From a virus (lineage: Duplodnaviria; Caudoviricetes): a stretch of DNA of 62,200 bases. Location: positions 1-62,200 of the IMG/VR virus record IMGVR_UViG_3300028189_000014, one strand, 5' to 3'. A program made the translations under genes and the position numbers. Below, one piece after another: positions 30,556 through 40,250 of this stretch. The notes below the pieces were generated by a model. The model was not told the DNA's origin, did no database searches, and saw only the letters and a list, made by a program, of their open reading frames with translations. The number at the start of each line of letters is the position of its first letter. Within the stretch, counting starts at the first letter, position 1.

Positions 30556-31740
30556 TTACGAGCCTGCTACTTCAGTTAAATCCACAGTCATCAAACCGTG
30601 ATCTAAGAGTAGATCAGCTGGTGTCCCGTTGCTAGCGGTAGGGCCTTGTTTGAAGACTGATTTCTTCATACCAAAGATCTTCGATACCGAAATACCAGAT
30701 TGGTTTTGGTAATCGTAGTTATCTTCAACCCAGTTAGGAGCACCGATGTCAGCGAATGCCATAGCTTGAGCACCACAGAACAGAGCCCGTGCTTGCTTAG
30801 TCGGATTAGTATCGCCTGACGCTACTATAGAAGTGTGGTAAGTATGACGGAACTCGTGGATCATAACGCCATCAACTAAGTAACTCGCAGAACCTGCGAA
30901 TAATGGGTTAGAACCCCCACGTACGCCAGCATTACGAACGTTAGCTAAGAAGTCAGCATCTAACTTCAATTTCTTCATCACTTGTGGTGTTACAAACATG
31001 TGATATAGTTCGTTACCTTGCTCACCTTTCACACCGCGAATAGCTAAGTCTCTAGCTTTTGCACGAAGCTCTACAATCATCGCATATGAAGCAAAGCCAT
31101 CGCCCGCAACATCTAGAGTATGAGAGTTTGAAGTAGTGAAAGTAGAATCTGCTAAGCCAGTAGAGTCACCTGTCCAAGCAAAAGCTCTGGTTGGAGCCGT
31201 AACATCGGCTGCGAAATCTAGATCCGACAGACCGTTAGCAGCTCGTGCTGTACCATCGTTTTTCTTGGTATAAAGCACACCGGACATGGTTAAGAAAGCT
31301 AATTGATCCATACGATCTGCTAGCCAATAAGCTAATACATCGCGTGAATTTTCACGGAAATTGATGATTGATTTCTGATCAGCCATACGACCTGCGATGC
31401 GGTTCGCGTTACGAAGTTGGTCGATCTGAATGACCATCTCGTAGCTTTTCATCGCTTCTTCATTACCTTCCAACTGGCTATCACCTGCGATACCATCTGT
31501 ATCCAGTTCTGCCAATAGTGAGATAACAGCGCGAGTGCCTTTCTCACTCTTAGTAAGATACGGTACTTTCTGGATCATGGAATTAATTCCAGAGCCTGTG
31601 AAAGCATCCATAAATGAATTTTCTTTAGTTTGTCGCCATAAGTCACGACCCCATGTGGTTTTCTGCTCGTCGGTTAGGTTCCCAAAATTGGTTGAACCGG
31701 CCGAGACTAAATCAGGATATGCCATTGTGTAATTCTCCAA
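30556..31740 (-). CDS. Major capsid protein (N4-gp56/DUF4043-like)
   Basis: LEGNEEAM, IDQLRNA, FCGAQAMAFA, DYQNQSGISV..IFG.KK; likely start at MAYPD (31725). Confidence 0.88.
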   Translation of the reverse strand: MENYTMAYPDLVSAGSTNFGNLTDEQKTTWGRDLWRQTKENSFMDAFTGSGINSMIQKVPYLTKSEKGTRAVISLLAELDTDGIAGDSQLEGNEEAMKSYEMVIQIDQLRNANRIAGRMADQKSIINFRENSRDVLAYWLADRMDQLAFLTMSGVLYTKKNDGTARAANGLSDLDFAADVTAPTRAFAWTGDSTGLADSTFTTSNSHTLDVAGDGFASYAMIVELRAKARDLAIRGVKGEQGNELYHMFVTPQVMKKLKLDADFLANVRNAGVRGGSNPLFAGSASYLVDGVMIHEFRHTYHTSIVASGDTNPTKQARALFCGAQAMAFADIGAPNWVEDNYDYQNQSGISVSKIFGMKKSVFKQGPTASNGTPADLLLDHGLMTVDLTEVAGS

Positions 31741-31741
31741 A

Positions 31742-31927
31742 ATAAAAACGTAAGTTAAGGTTCGGTTTCGAGCCGATGTTCGTTAACCCTGTTTTTATCG
31801 AGGCTGATCCTCGCCACCTTTTACGCTGGTGTAAGCTAAGTCATTACGTTGACGTGCAATGAGCCCGCTCAGTTATCGTACTGAGAAACGGAGTGCAGGG
31901 GTTCAGGGGAAGGACCATCCCCCCTGC
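31742..31927 (-). other. Multi-hairpin leader upstream of capsid gene
   Basis: Five consecutive inverted repeats, the first with nested stems (see findings). Confidence 0.5.
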
Positions 31928-31952
31928 GGGGTGAACTTTGACATTCAGGTGA

Positions 31953-31982
31953 ATATTACCACTGCTTATATAATGAAGTCAA
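31953..31982 (-). promoter_or_regulatory. Putative sigma70 promoter for capsid gene with embedded 17-bp operator
   Basis: TTGACT-N18-TAATAT on minus strand; operator 31954-31970. Confidence 0.5.
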
Positions 31983-31986
31983 GTAG

Positions 31987-32829
31987 TTACAAGATATCTC
32001 CACGTAATCGCTGTAATGTGGCGGCAGGTAATGCGTCGAACTCCTCTTGCGATAGTGTGTTTACATCCAGCACACTCTCCCCCCGAGAGACCCCACTATC
32101 TCCACCTAACGCCGGGGGCTGTCTATTAGCCGCCGCTAACTTCTCCTGAATATTCGCATTGCTAACAGCGGGAGTAGCCTGCTTTGGAGCGAACAGCTCA
32201 GGATACTGAGCTTTAGTAATGCTATATGCCTCAACTAACGCCGACGACGGATCGTCCCCCGCCGCCATGAACTTATCCCGTAGCCCTAAGGTGTAGTCTG
32301 TAACTGTTTTGTTATAGTTCTCATGCTCTGGGTTATACAACGGGTTCTCAGTAGTAATCTGAGCAACAGTCTGGTTAAATCGTACATTAGCCTCAGCCTG
32401 TGTAGTCGAAGTCGATGCTAACTGTTCGGCGGTAAACCGGTGTTGCTCCGCTTCTGCGGCCCTCATCTCTTGACGTAATGACAGGGCTTTATCCTCTTCT
32501 CCCGCCCACATAGCTTGTAGGTATTCCTTCTCCTTACCGTCAAAGTCATATTCAGGAGCTTTAACCTCTTCCTGCTTAGTCCGCTGTTGCATGCGTTGAA
32601 GTGTCTCTTCCAACTGTTTACGACGAGCAATCTCTGCATCAAGGCGTTGCTTAGGAATCTGAATATCATCCGGCTTTTCCTCCTTTACAGGTTCGGGTTC
32701 GGGCTCTGCTTCGGCTACGACTTCAGGTTCTGGCTCGGGGGTAGGTTCTTCTGCTACCTCAGCTACGGTATCACCGCGATCTTCTACGGCTTCTTCTTCT
32801 ACTACTACGTCTTCTCCGGGTTGTGCCAT
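31987..32829 (-). CDS. Scaffolding protein
   Basis: Acidic E/P N-terminus, IPKQRLD, C-terminal LSQEEFDALP..LQRLRGD; between portal and capsid. Confidence 0.8.
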   Translation of the reverse strand: MAQPGEDVVVEEEAVEDRGDTVAEVAEEPTPEPEPEVVAEAEPEPEPVKEEKPDDIQIPKQRLDAEIARRKQLEETLQRMQQRTKQEEVKAPEYDFDGKEKEYLQAMWAGEEDKALSLRQEMRAAEAEQHRFTAEQLASTSTTQAEANVRFNQTVAQITTENPLYNPEHENYNKTVTDYTLGLRDKFMAAGDDPSSALVEAYSITKAQYPELFAPKQATPAVSNANIQEKLAAANRQPPALGGDSGVSRGESVLDVNTLSQEEFDALPAATLQRLRGDIL

Positions 32830-32846
32830 GGTCTTTCCTCTGGTGG

Positions 32847-34886
32847 TTAGTGGGTCTTCGTATTATGAGATGCTGCTGATATCTTAGCGATCTCTAATTT
32901 AGTCATGAGCTCTTCACGTTTTGACGTAAGCTCTGCTTGTAGTTTCTGAACATTGAACTGATCATCAATAATAATATCCTGCGTCTTAGCTTGGCTTAAC
33001 TGGGCTTCTGCCTGTTTCTGCATAATGTCAGCTTCCAGATTACCTACCGTAGCTTGGAGCTGTTTGATCTCTAGCTGCTGTACCATCTGCTGCATTTGCA
33101 TCTCTTCTTCAGTCGGCTCACCTTGCCCCATCATCTCACGGACTCGTTTAGCCAGCTCATCTTTCTGAGCTAAGTGGCTATACTCAATAATAGCGTCATC
33201 AGGTACCTGAACGCCTGCAGTCCGTAGACTAATAGCCTCAGCAAACTGAGAGTCATTATAAGTATCTCTGGACGGCGCTGAAGTAATAGCTACGTCATAC
33301 TCGCCCACTGTGATGTTATTGACCACCTCCCCTGTCGCTGTCTCCTCGTTAATAGTCATCGGGGTTCTCGGCTGATCGGGGTTCTGAAAATCAGTCAATT
33401 GGATTACCCGTTGCTCTTTATAAAATGCCTGTAATAGATCTAGGATTTTAAGGGCTAGGATATGGCGTGTACGTGCCAGATTATCTAGCGGTACTTGAAT
33501 CTGTACCTGCCCGCGAGCTTGCTTGGCTTGTATTGCTACGCCAGAGACCTCAGCAGAGTCGAACCCCATCAGAGAGTCAGATACGCCTGATATCTCTTTG
33601 ATGTTATTCGCTGCTTTCTGAGCAATACGATCTAACCCCGTAGGGATCTGATTCGGCTGGATCTTAACTGGCGGTGTGGAGCCACGATTATACGTTATAA
33701 TCAAACCGGTCTCAGCACCCCGTTCTTCAAGTTCTTCTTCGGTCATGTTTGACAGTGACCCGCCCTCAACTACCCAGCCACTATTCGCCGTGGTATTTAC
33801 AATATGAAGCTCTTGTGAACTGATCTTATTGAGTTGTTCCTGTGGACTGATCAAGTTGCGGACGATACCAAAAGGTCGCCCGCGTCGGAAGTATGGGAAG
33901 AATGGCACAATAGTAAAATCGTTATACAAACTCCAGTCATCGCGAAGTACCACCTTGTCAGCCGTTACCGTCCAACGAACTCGGGGTATTACTTTCTTAC
34001 GTACTAGCATTCCTGCTTTCTCGGCATAATCCTCCATACGCTGATCAGACCAGTTATGAGGTACCGGTTTTACATCCCCTCCCTTTTCGTCTACGAACTC
34101 TCTGTACAAAACATTCTTTCTGTACTGACGCTCGATCACGCGTATCGACTTAACCGATGCCTGATCGTCAAGACTGTTCAACTGGTCATACCCCACTCCT
34201 TCTAGGGTCTTACCAAAACGATTGTCGATTACCTCAATACTGTCCTTACTGTACCGCTGTCCGTTCATGCCTATAGATTTGAGCCGATCCGCTTTATCCT
34301 GCCCGTAATTCATCGCTATCTCATCTATCGACAACCACCGAGTCTCGAAAAACTCATTCCAGGTTTTAGGGTCATAGTTCTTAGCATCAGGATCTATGAG
34401 TATGTCTAGAGGATCTTTACTCTCAATCCTAACCTCACCCTCAACGTGGTCGTCGAAATCTATACGAACATCGAAGTAGCCACGTTCTTGGATGATACCG
34501 TCAGCAAAGACCTGTGACTCCAACCAATCCAACTGATTGTTGTCGCCAATCTGAATGAATAGTTTATTCAGAATCTCTGCGACATCCTGTGTAGCATCAC
34601 GTTTTGGTAGGAATCGTACGTCCCCGCGTTTATTCGCCTGCTCACCCAGCACGGTATTAACCGTAGATAACACGGTGTTAATCGTAAGCGTAGGTCTGCC
34701 CTCAGCGTTGAGCTTAGCGACATCTCTATCGTCCCATTGCTCACCGCGATAGAAGGCATCGCACTTCTTAGCGATATCGACATACTCAAGATGACCCGCA
34801 TCGCGGGCGCGCACATAACGCCGCCACTGCTCATCAGCAACTAACCGTTCTTTCTCGCTCTCAGCGACCCGCTTAGTCTTAGCCAT
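32847..34886 (-). CDS. Portal protein (P22/933W-like)
   Basis: FYRGEQW, RPTLTIN, VPFFPY, GIVRNLISPQEQLNK, SGVAIQAKQ, VGEYDVAI. Confidence 0.9.
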   Translation of the reverse strand: MAKTKRVAESEKERLVADEQWRRYVRARDAGHLEYVDIAKKCDAFYRGEQWDDRDVAKLNAEGRPTLTINTVLSTVNTVLGEQANKRGDVRFLPKRDATQDVAEILNKLFIQIGDNNQLDWLESQVFADGIIQERGYFDVRIDFDDHVEGEVRIESKDPLDILIDPDAKNYDPKTWNEFFETRWLSIDEIAMNYGQDKADRLKSIGMNGQRYSKDSIEVIDNRFGKTLEGVGYDQLNSLDDQASVKSIRVIERQYRKNVLYREFVDEKGGDVKPVPHNWSDQRMEDYAEKAGMLVRKKVIPRVRWTVTADKVVLRDDWSLYNDFTIVPFFPYFRRGRPFGIVRNLISPQEQLNKISSQELHIVNTTANSGWVVEGGSLSNMTEEELEERGAETGLIITYNRGSTPPVKIQPNQIPTGLDRIAQKAANNIKEISGVSDSLMGFDSAEVSGVAIQAKQARGQVQIQVPLDNLARTRHILALKILDLLQAFYKEQRVIQLTDFQNPDQPRTPMTINEETATGEVVNNITVGEYDVAITSAPSRDTYNDSQFAEAISLRTAGVQVPDDAIIEYSHLAQKDELAKRVREMMGQGEPTEEEMQMQQMVQQLEIKQLQATVGNLEADIMQKQAEAQLSQAKTQDIIIDDQFNVQKLQAELTSKREELMTKLEIAKISAASHNTKTH

Positions 34887-34887
34887 T

Positions 34888-35079
34888 TCAGAATCCTTTA
34901 GGCGCGCCTAGTCCTAAACTAGGAGGTTGTGAACCAAACTGTTGCTCAATAGATTCATAGGTTTTACATTCACACGTCTCCCCGTTCTCGCTAAAACTCA
35001 GCTCAATCGCTGGAGATGTGCACATCTGTTCTCGGTTGTGTTTGCAATCCGCGCAAGCACAGTTATTTTCTGTAGCCAT
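34888..35079 (-). CDS. Small Cys-rich protein (DUF1540-like)
   Basis: CACADCKHN...C.S..I...C.CKTY. Confidence 0.55.
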   Translation of the reverse strand: MATENNCACADCKHNREQMCTSPAIELSFSENGETCECKTYESIEQQFGSQPPSLGLGAPKGF

Positions 35080-35101
35080 TATCGTTGTCCTTTATTTAAT
35101 A

Positions 35102-35953
35102 TTAGCGTTGCTTATATCCATAACCTAACCCTTCTCGTACGAGCTCATCCGGTGTTCTTACATGAGGATCTTTACCTTGTAACCCACCTCGTATCCCATC
35201 CACATTCCCACCAATATCGAAGAGGTAGTCATCAAATGCAGCACCTAACCCCATGGGGGCTATATCCTTTCCGAAGTCGTATAGCTGATACACATGGGCC
35301 ATAGCGTTACTTATACCTGAGGCTAACCCAGTCCGAGTACCTCGAGGTAGCCATTCAGGCATGCTGTTACGCACACGACTCGACCAGTCTGCAGCACCTG
35401 CGTAATTCTTTGCGGCATCGGCTGGGGTCATATTCTGTATGGGTTCTCCAGTAGCATCTCCGATCCCTCGTTTTATAGCGGCGTTCGCTAGCTTATGGTT
35501 TTCGTTCTCATTAAACCCGTAAGCCTGCATATCAGGCTCGATCCATTCAGAATGGATACGTTGTGCTTGCTCATTGGCGAGCTGCCCCTCATTTGGTGCG
35601 AAGGAGCTGAAATCTTTTATCCGGCCCTTCTTATCCCAATAGTCGTATAAGTTCGCTTCTTCTATAAATTCCCCAGTCTCGTAGTCGTATCCGGGCACAT
35701 TGTATATACGTCCATCAGGACCCGAAACCCCGTTTATGTATACTGTTGAAATGGAGCCGTCCCCGTTCATACGAGGATTGTTTTGGATGGCATTACGGTG
35801 CTGCTCGATTAGCGACCTATCCTCGGGTCGTGCTTCAGCTGAATCCCGCCACGAAGGTGCTAGCGCCTCATCTATATTCCGCAGACTACTGTTATACCAA
35901 CCATTCTTGATATACCTGTCATGGATCGTCTCTGCCATCCTATTCTCCACCAT
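35102..35953 (-). CDS. Hypothetical protein
   Basis: ORF between terminase and portal. Confidence 0.55.
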   Translation of the reverse strand: MVENRMAETIHDRYIKNGWYNSSLRNIDEALAPSWRDSAEARPEDRSLIEQHRNAIQNNPRMNGDGSISTVYINGVSGPDGRIYNVPGYDYETGEFIEEANLYDYWDKKGRIKDFSSFAPNEGQLANEQAQRIHSEWIEPDMQAYGFNENENHKLANAAIKRGIGDATGEPIQNMTPADAAKNYAGAADWSSRVRNSMPEWLPRGTRTGLASGISNAMAHVYQLYDFGKDIAPMGLGAAFDDYLFDIGGNVDGIRGGLQGKDPHVRTPDELVREGLGYGYKQR

Positions 35954-36584
35954 ATCCGAGCATACGCCGCTCTCCCGGAGTCAACGACTGCAGCTCCGCT
36001 GCTCTGTTGACCCACTCAGGATTTCTCGCGGGGTCCATAAACTGCTGTGCTCTACCCAGTCCTTTACGGTACAACGAGAGCTCATCGGTATTAGGGTCAG
36101 GAGAGTGGATGCCCATCATTAGCATGTCATCCGCCATACCGCGCAGCACCCCTACATCTCTAGGCACATCAGGGGCTAACTGGGTATTACCCTGATAGAG
36201 CCTACCGTCATCGCCCATGATCCAGTCGTTCTCTTGTTGGCGTTGCTTACGGCGACGGTACTGTGCGCGCATCTCGCTCGGGGACATAGCATTTGGATTT
36301 ATAGGCTCGTCCATGCTTGGCGGTGTCCAGCCCTGCATCTTTGCTCCGAGCCCCGCTCGCAATCCACGCTCACCTATTTCTTTAGCTGCATGCTCGCCCG
36401 TCGAACCGCCTAACTTCCCTACGCCGCCCGAACGAAATGCCAACCCTAAAATGTCACGCATCGTCACGTCTTGAGGATCTTTACCTAACACGGGTAACGC
36501 ATCCTGTAGCCGCATACCTAACACGCCCATAGGGTCGTCGACTAATTCACCGAAGTCCACTGGGTCAAACTTTGTTTCTGCCAT
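35940..36584 (-). CDS. Hypothetical protein
   Basis: ORF between terminase and portal. Confidence 0.55.
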   Translation of the reverse strand: MAETKFDPVDFGELVDDPMGVLGMRLQDALPVLGKDPQDVTMRDILGLAFRSGGVGKLGGSTGEHAAKEIGERGLRAGLGAKMQGWTPPSMDEPINPNAMSPSEMRAQYRRRKQRQQENDWIMGDDGRLYQGNTQLAPDVPRDVGVLRGMADDMLMMGIHSPDPNTDELSLYRKGLGRAQQFMDPARNPEWVNRAAELQSLTPGERRMLGYGGE

Positions 36585-36592
36585 CTCTACTC

Positions 36593-38332
36593 CTACGCTG
36601 TCATCGCGTTCTTCTTACCTTTTCCGAACGCTGCTAATTTGTCACGCCAGCTTGGTGGTGGTTTTTCCACTGGAGCTCTGTAAATACTAAACTCTGCCAT
36701 CATCAGACCGATCCATGCCATGGCATCAACCTGATCGTCGTGCACCCCGTTAGGAAAACGGAGCATCTCGTTAATTAGTGGTACCGTAAACTCAGCGTTC
36801 TTAGGAAATAGCACCATACCCTGCTGCATCCGACCCTGAATCGCACGGGCACGTACCATCTTGTCGCGCTTACCCGGGCGTAGGTCTTTGAAGTACGCCG
36901 AAAATAAGTTACGTTCGCGCATACGCTTCTCGAGGAACGGCCCTATCGCCATCTCAATGTGTCCTTTCTCCACCCCGATGATGTCGGGCTGCCAGGCTTC
37001 GTACATATCGAGCATCTTCTCAACGATGTCGTGCCCGTTCCACCGCCCTCGCTCAACATGCAATAAGTACAGCTTGTCCTCAGGGCTCACCCCCATCACG
37101 ACACCTACCGAGTAATCGTTCGCCTCACGCTGACCAATCGCCAAGTCCCACGCCGCGTAAATTTTCATCTCTTCGCGCGGAGGCTCTTCGTCGTAGTACC
37201 GTATCATCGAACGTGTGAAGTACTCGCCCTCGTCTGCGACGGGATTCTGCTGGTACAACGCCGACCAATCGCGCGGGCCTACCGCTGCGCGGATGCGCCT
37301 GAGGGACTCCAGGTCATACCGAGCCTCATGCAGCGGTGTGCCTTTCTTACGATGCGGCTCATCTATCTCCGCTATCGCCGGATATTTGATCACCTCCCAC
37401 TGGTCGCCAGATTTCTGCTGCTCGAGCAGCCATCCGGCTAAATCGTCATCGTGCCACCGCGTTAGTATCACCAGCACCCCTCCGCCGGGGGCTAACCGTG
37501 TGTACGCCGTGGATGTGTACCAGTCCTTAACCGACTGCCGACCCGTCTCCGACTCAGCATCCTCTCTGTTCTTAACCGGATCGTCGATCACCAATACGTG
37601 GGCACCCTTACCCGTGATCGCACCGCCGACACCCGCCGCGACGTACCCGCCGCCCTTATCAGTGAGCCATGCCTCAGCTGACTGACTGTCCTTATCTAAC
37701 CGCGTCTCTTTGAAAACCGTTTGGTACGGCTTTTCCCGCAGCACCTGCCTGACTTTCCTACTGAAGCTCATCGCTAGCGACCCTGAGTACGAGCATGCGA
37801 TGAACTCGTGCGTTGGGTTACGCCCGATGTGCCACGCTGGAAAATATGTCGATGCCAGTAGGCTCTTACCATGGCGTGGCGGCATGAACAGCATCAAGCG
37901 TGGGGATTCTTTGTTCGCCACCGCATCTGAGAACTTTTCAAGCCGCTCGCATATATCCTTATGCACCCAGCCCGCCTGATATTCTGGGAAAAATCGTGTG
38001 ACGAAAGGTAGCAATCGTCGTTTGCTCAGCTCGCGCCGTGCTAGCTCCTGTTTCGCCAATTCCTTAGCATCAGGACGTTTTTCTTCTAATCTTTTAACTT
38101 CTTTTTTTACCGCCGCAGTTTTCGCTTTGCCACGCAGGGCATCGCGCGCTTGCTGATGCTGCTGACGACGCTCTTTCTGGACTGCTGCGACTGCTTTAGG
38201 ATTCTTAGCCCGGCTTACGCGATGCGTCTCTTTAATGTCAGCATTCTGGACGCAATTCATGCATAAGTCGCCTTTGAACAGCGTCTCTTTATGCTCTTCT
38301 TTGCACTTTTTACATTTTTTAAGAGGAATCAT
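36593..38332 (-). CDS. terL: Terminase large subunit
   Basis: MPPRHGKS Walker A, VIDDPVK Walker B, TRWHDDDL, ALYQQNP, AWDLA, FPNGVHDDQVDA. Confidence 0.95.
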   Translation of the reverse strand: MIPLKKCKKCKEEHKETLFKGDLCMNCVQNADIKETHRVSRAKNPKAVAAVQKERRQQHQQARDALRGKAKTAAVKKEVKRLEEKRPDAKELAKQELARRELSKRRLLPFVTRFFPEYQAGWVHKDICERLEKFSDAVANKESPRLMLFMPPRHGKSLLASTYFPAWHIGRNPTHEFIACSYSGSLAMSFSRKVRQVLREKPYQTVFKETRLDKDSQSAEAWLTDKGGGYVAAGVGGAITGKGAHVLVIDDPVKNREDAESETGRQSVKDWYTSTAYTRLAPGGGVLVILTRWHDDDLAGWLLEQQKSGDQWEVIKYPAIAEIDEPHRKKGTPLHEARYDLESLRRIRAAVGPRDWSALYQQNPVADEGEYFTRSMIRYYDEEPPREEMKIYAAWDLAIGQREANDYSVGVVMGVSPEDKLYLLHVERGRWNGHDIVEKMLDMYEAWQPDIIGVEKGHIEMAIGPFLEKRMRERNLFSAYFKDLRPGKRDKMVRARAIQGRMQQGMVLFPKNAEFTVPLINEMLRFPNGVHDDQVDAMAWIGLMMAEFSIYRAPVEKPPPSWRDKLAAFGKGKKNAMTA

Positions 38333-38814
38333 GGCTCTGTTGGAGGTGGCAACACAAAGTCATCGGCCCCTGCTAGCTTAACTAGCTCGGCATCATCCAA
38401 ACGCTCCAATTGCTCCACTTTATGCAAGTGTAAACTCTGTGTTTGCACCTTCTCTGGCTCGTACAAACCGTGCATCTTACCCAATTCCCGTACCGCTGCG
38501 ATTTCCTCAGTACTGGTCGCTGATTTTCTATGGGCTTCAAACAACATTATGGTCAGCTTATCCCTTGTCACCTTTATATTATCTAACTCTTCGCTTCGTA
38601 GATGACCTAATAATGCTTGAATCTTCTCCTGCGCCATTAATGAGCGCCCGGAATGGGCATGGCTTTTATACCCCGCAGCTTTTGCAGCTTGGGATGGGGT
38701 TAACCCTCTCAATGCGTACAGCACAAACTGCTCTTGCTGTGCAGTTAGTGGTGTTATGTCTGCGTGGGGGTAGCACGACTGTAAGTACGCTATATCACCC
38801 GCTGTTATAGACAT
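38329..38814 (-). CDS. terS: Terminase small subunit
   Basis: LTAQQEQFV..., AAKAAGY, ELGKMHGLY. Confidence 0.85.
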   Translation of the reverse strand: MSITAGDIAYLQSCYPHADITPLTAQQEQFVLYALRGLTPSQAAKAAGYKSHAHSGRSLMAQEKIQALLGHLRSEELDNIKVTRDKLTIMLFEAHRKSATSTEEIAAVRELGKMHGLYEPEKVQTQSLHLHKVEQLERLDDAELVKLAGADDFVLPPPTEP

Positions 38815-38833
38815 ATTTCTCCTATGATTTGGG

Positions 38834-38866
38834 CATAAGCATAGCTTATATTGAAAAATTTAGCAA
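38834..38866 (-). promoter_or_regulatory. Putative sigma70 promoter of the structural arm overlapped by a 17-bp operator
   Basis: TTGCTA (38866-38861)-N17-TATGCT (38843-38838); operator CATAAGCATAGCTTATA 38834-38850. Confidence 0.6.
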
Positions 38867-39027
38867 AAAAATTCAGTAATAACCGTGTGTCTTCATATAT
38901 ATGGATGTTCAGTATTTCCGTACCGCCGTCCCCGATTTGCTTTTTGGCATCCCCGATTCCAAAACTCGTACCTCGTTTTGGGCGAAGTGAGAACGAGGGT
39001 CAATTAAGGCATAAAGGAGATACAGAT

Positions 39028-39264
39028 ATGAACAAAGTAAGATTAGCATTCCATCTATTACTAAGTCGTGAAGGGTCTACAGTAGTTGGGCTCTCCATCC
39101 TAGTGGCTATGATCGTATGGCAAATCATATTCTTCCTAGTAACTAAGAGCGTCTGGCTCTTACTCATCCCGATAGTGACCATCGGTTGCTATGTATTCCA
39201 AGATGATATCAAGAACGCTTGGTATCGCGGTCGTCAGCACGTTGCTGGCGTTAAACGTATTTAA
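39028..39264 (+). CDS. Small membrane protein, first rightward gene
   Basis: AAGGAG RBS before ATG 39028; two hydrophobic segments. Confidence 0.65.
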   Translation: MNKVRLAFHLLLSREGSTVVGLSILVAMIVWQIIFFLVTKSVWLLLIPIVTIGCYVFQDDIKNAWYRGRQHVAGVKRI

Positions 39265-39278
39265 ATAAGGAGAAACGT

Positions 39279-39473
39279 ATCCGACACACTACAGCTTATA
39301 ACTACTTCAAGGCAACTGTCCGAGTCTACAACGACGACAGTTATCTCTCTCAACGCGTACAACGTCAACGTACTACATACGTTGCTGACCTATTCGAACT
39401 CTTCGATATCCCTATCGCAGAGGGATCAGTACTCTTCTATGAGTTCTGGGATAAAGACGAGATTGCCGGTTAA
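39279..39473 (+). CDS. Small protein with ATC at the expected start position
   Basis: AAGGAG-N6-ATC, then a 64-codon open frame filling the gap. Confidence 0.45.
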   Translation: MRHTTAYNYFKATVRVYNDDSYLSQRVQRQRTTYVADLFELFDIPIAEGSVLFYEFWDKDEIAG

Positions 39474-39486
39474 CCACCAAGTAACT

Positions 39487-39515
39487 CCCAGTCCACTACG
39501 TGGGCTGGGTTGAAC
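39487..39515 (+). promoter_or_regulatory. Hairpin element H1
   Basis: CCCAGTCCAC-TAC-GTGGGCTGGG-TTGAAC. Confidence 0.55.
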
Positions 39516-39546
39516 TTTGAATCAATGATAACTAAGGAGATATACC

Positions 39547-39702
39547 ATGTACATAGACTTACCAGACGAAGATCTCGCGGAGATCGAAGCAACTAACCTC
39601 ATGATCATCGAATGCTTCGCAGAAGCTGAGCTTGACGCAGCTATCGAAGCTGCAAAGGAACGCTTAGTGCAAGACACCGCGCTAGAACTTAGCGTATTTT
39701 AG
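39547..39702 (+). CDS. Small acidic protein (51 aa)
   Basis: AAGGAGATATACCATG; MYIDLPDEDLAEIEATNL... Confidence 0.65.
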   Translation: MYIDLPDEDLAEIEATNLMIIECFAEAELDAAIEAAKERLVQDTALELSVF

Positions 39703-39729
39703 CAACTCTGGTCTTAAGAACAGGGTTGA

Positions 39730-40220
39730 AGGACAACATGTGGACTACATGTTGAAATTCAACCTGTTACGCTCCTAAGCCCATGATTCATAAGGCAAAA
39801 AAACCCAAAAAAGGCCATATTATGGCAAAAGACAACATGTGGGGTTCGCCTTAGTAGCATATACGTATATTAGTGTGTTTTTTCTTAGTATTTCTTTGTT
39901 TTTTTATTAGTTTTAATAGGTACTAGTCTTTAATAATATGTAGTCCTATAAAAAACAAGGAAATTCATTAGTAATATCAATAACTTAGAGCGTAACAGGT
40001 TGTCCAAAAACCTGTAGTCCACATGTTACCACATGTTACGCTCTGTAACTCGTTGATTCTTAACGAGTTTTTCACCTACTGATGACCCCTAAAAACACCT
40101 GTTTTGGTACATCTGTAGTCCTTGTACATTTTTTGTACAATACTTAAAGTATTACATTAACTTCGTGGAACATAAATTGTTTCACAACCTGTAGTCCTTT
40201 TTGTTCAACCTGTAGTCCTT
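39730..40220. repeat. Putative replication origin (iteron-like repeats, AT-rich core, IHF-like sites)
   Basis: Six TGTAGTCC/GGACTACA copies, 15-bp inverted repeat, AT-rich 39870-39960, no ORF. Confidence 0.6.
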
Positions 40221-40250
40221 TTTTAAATCCATTTAACTAGGAGAAATACC

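Noticed and set aside
39706-39730. Fifth hairpin of the H1-H3 type (CTCTG...CAGGG-TTGAAG)
   Set aside because: Weak inner stem and no TNC triloop; too degenerate to count
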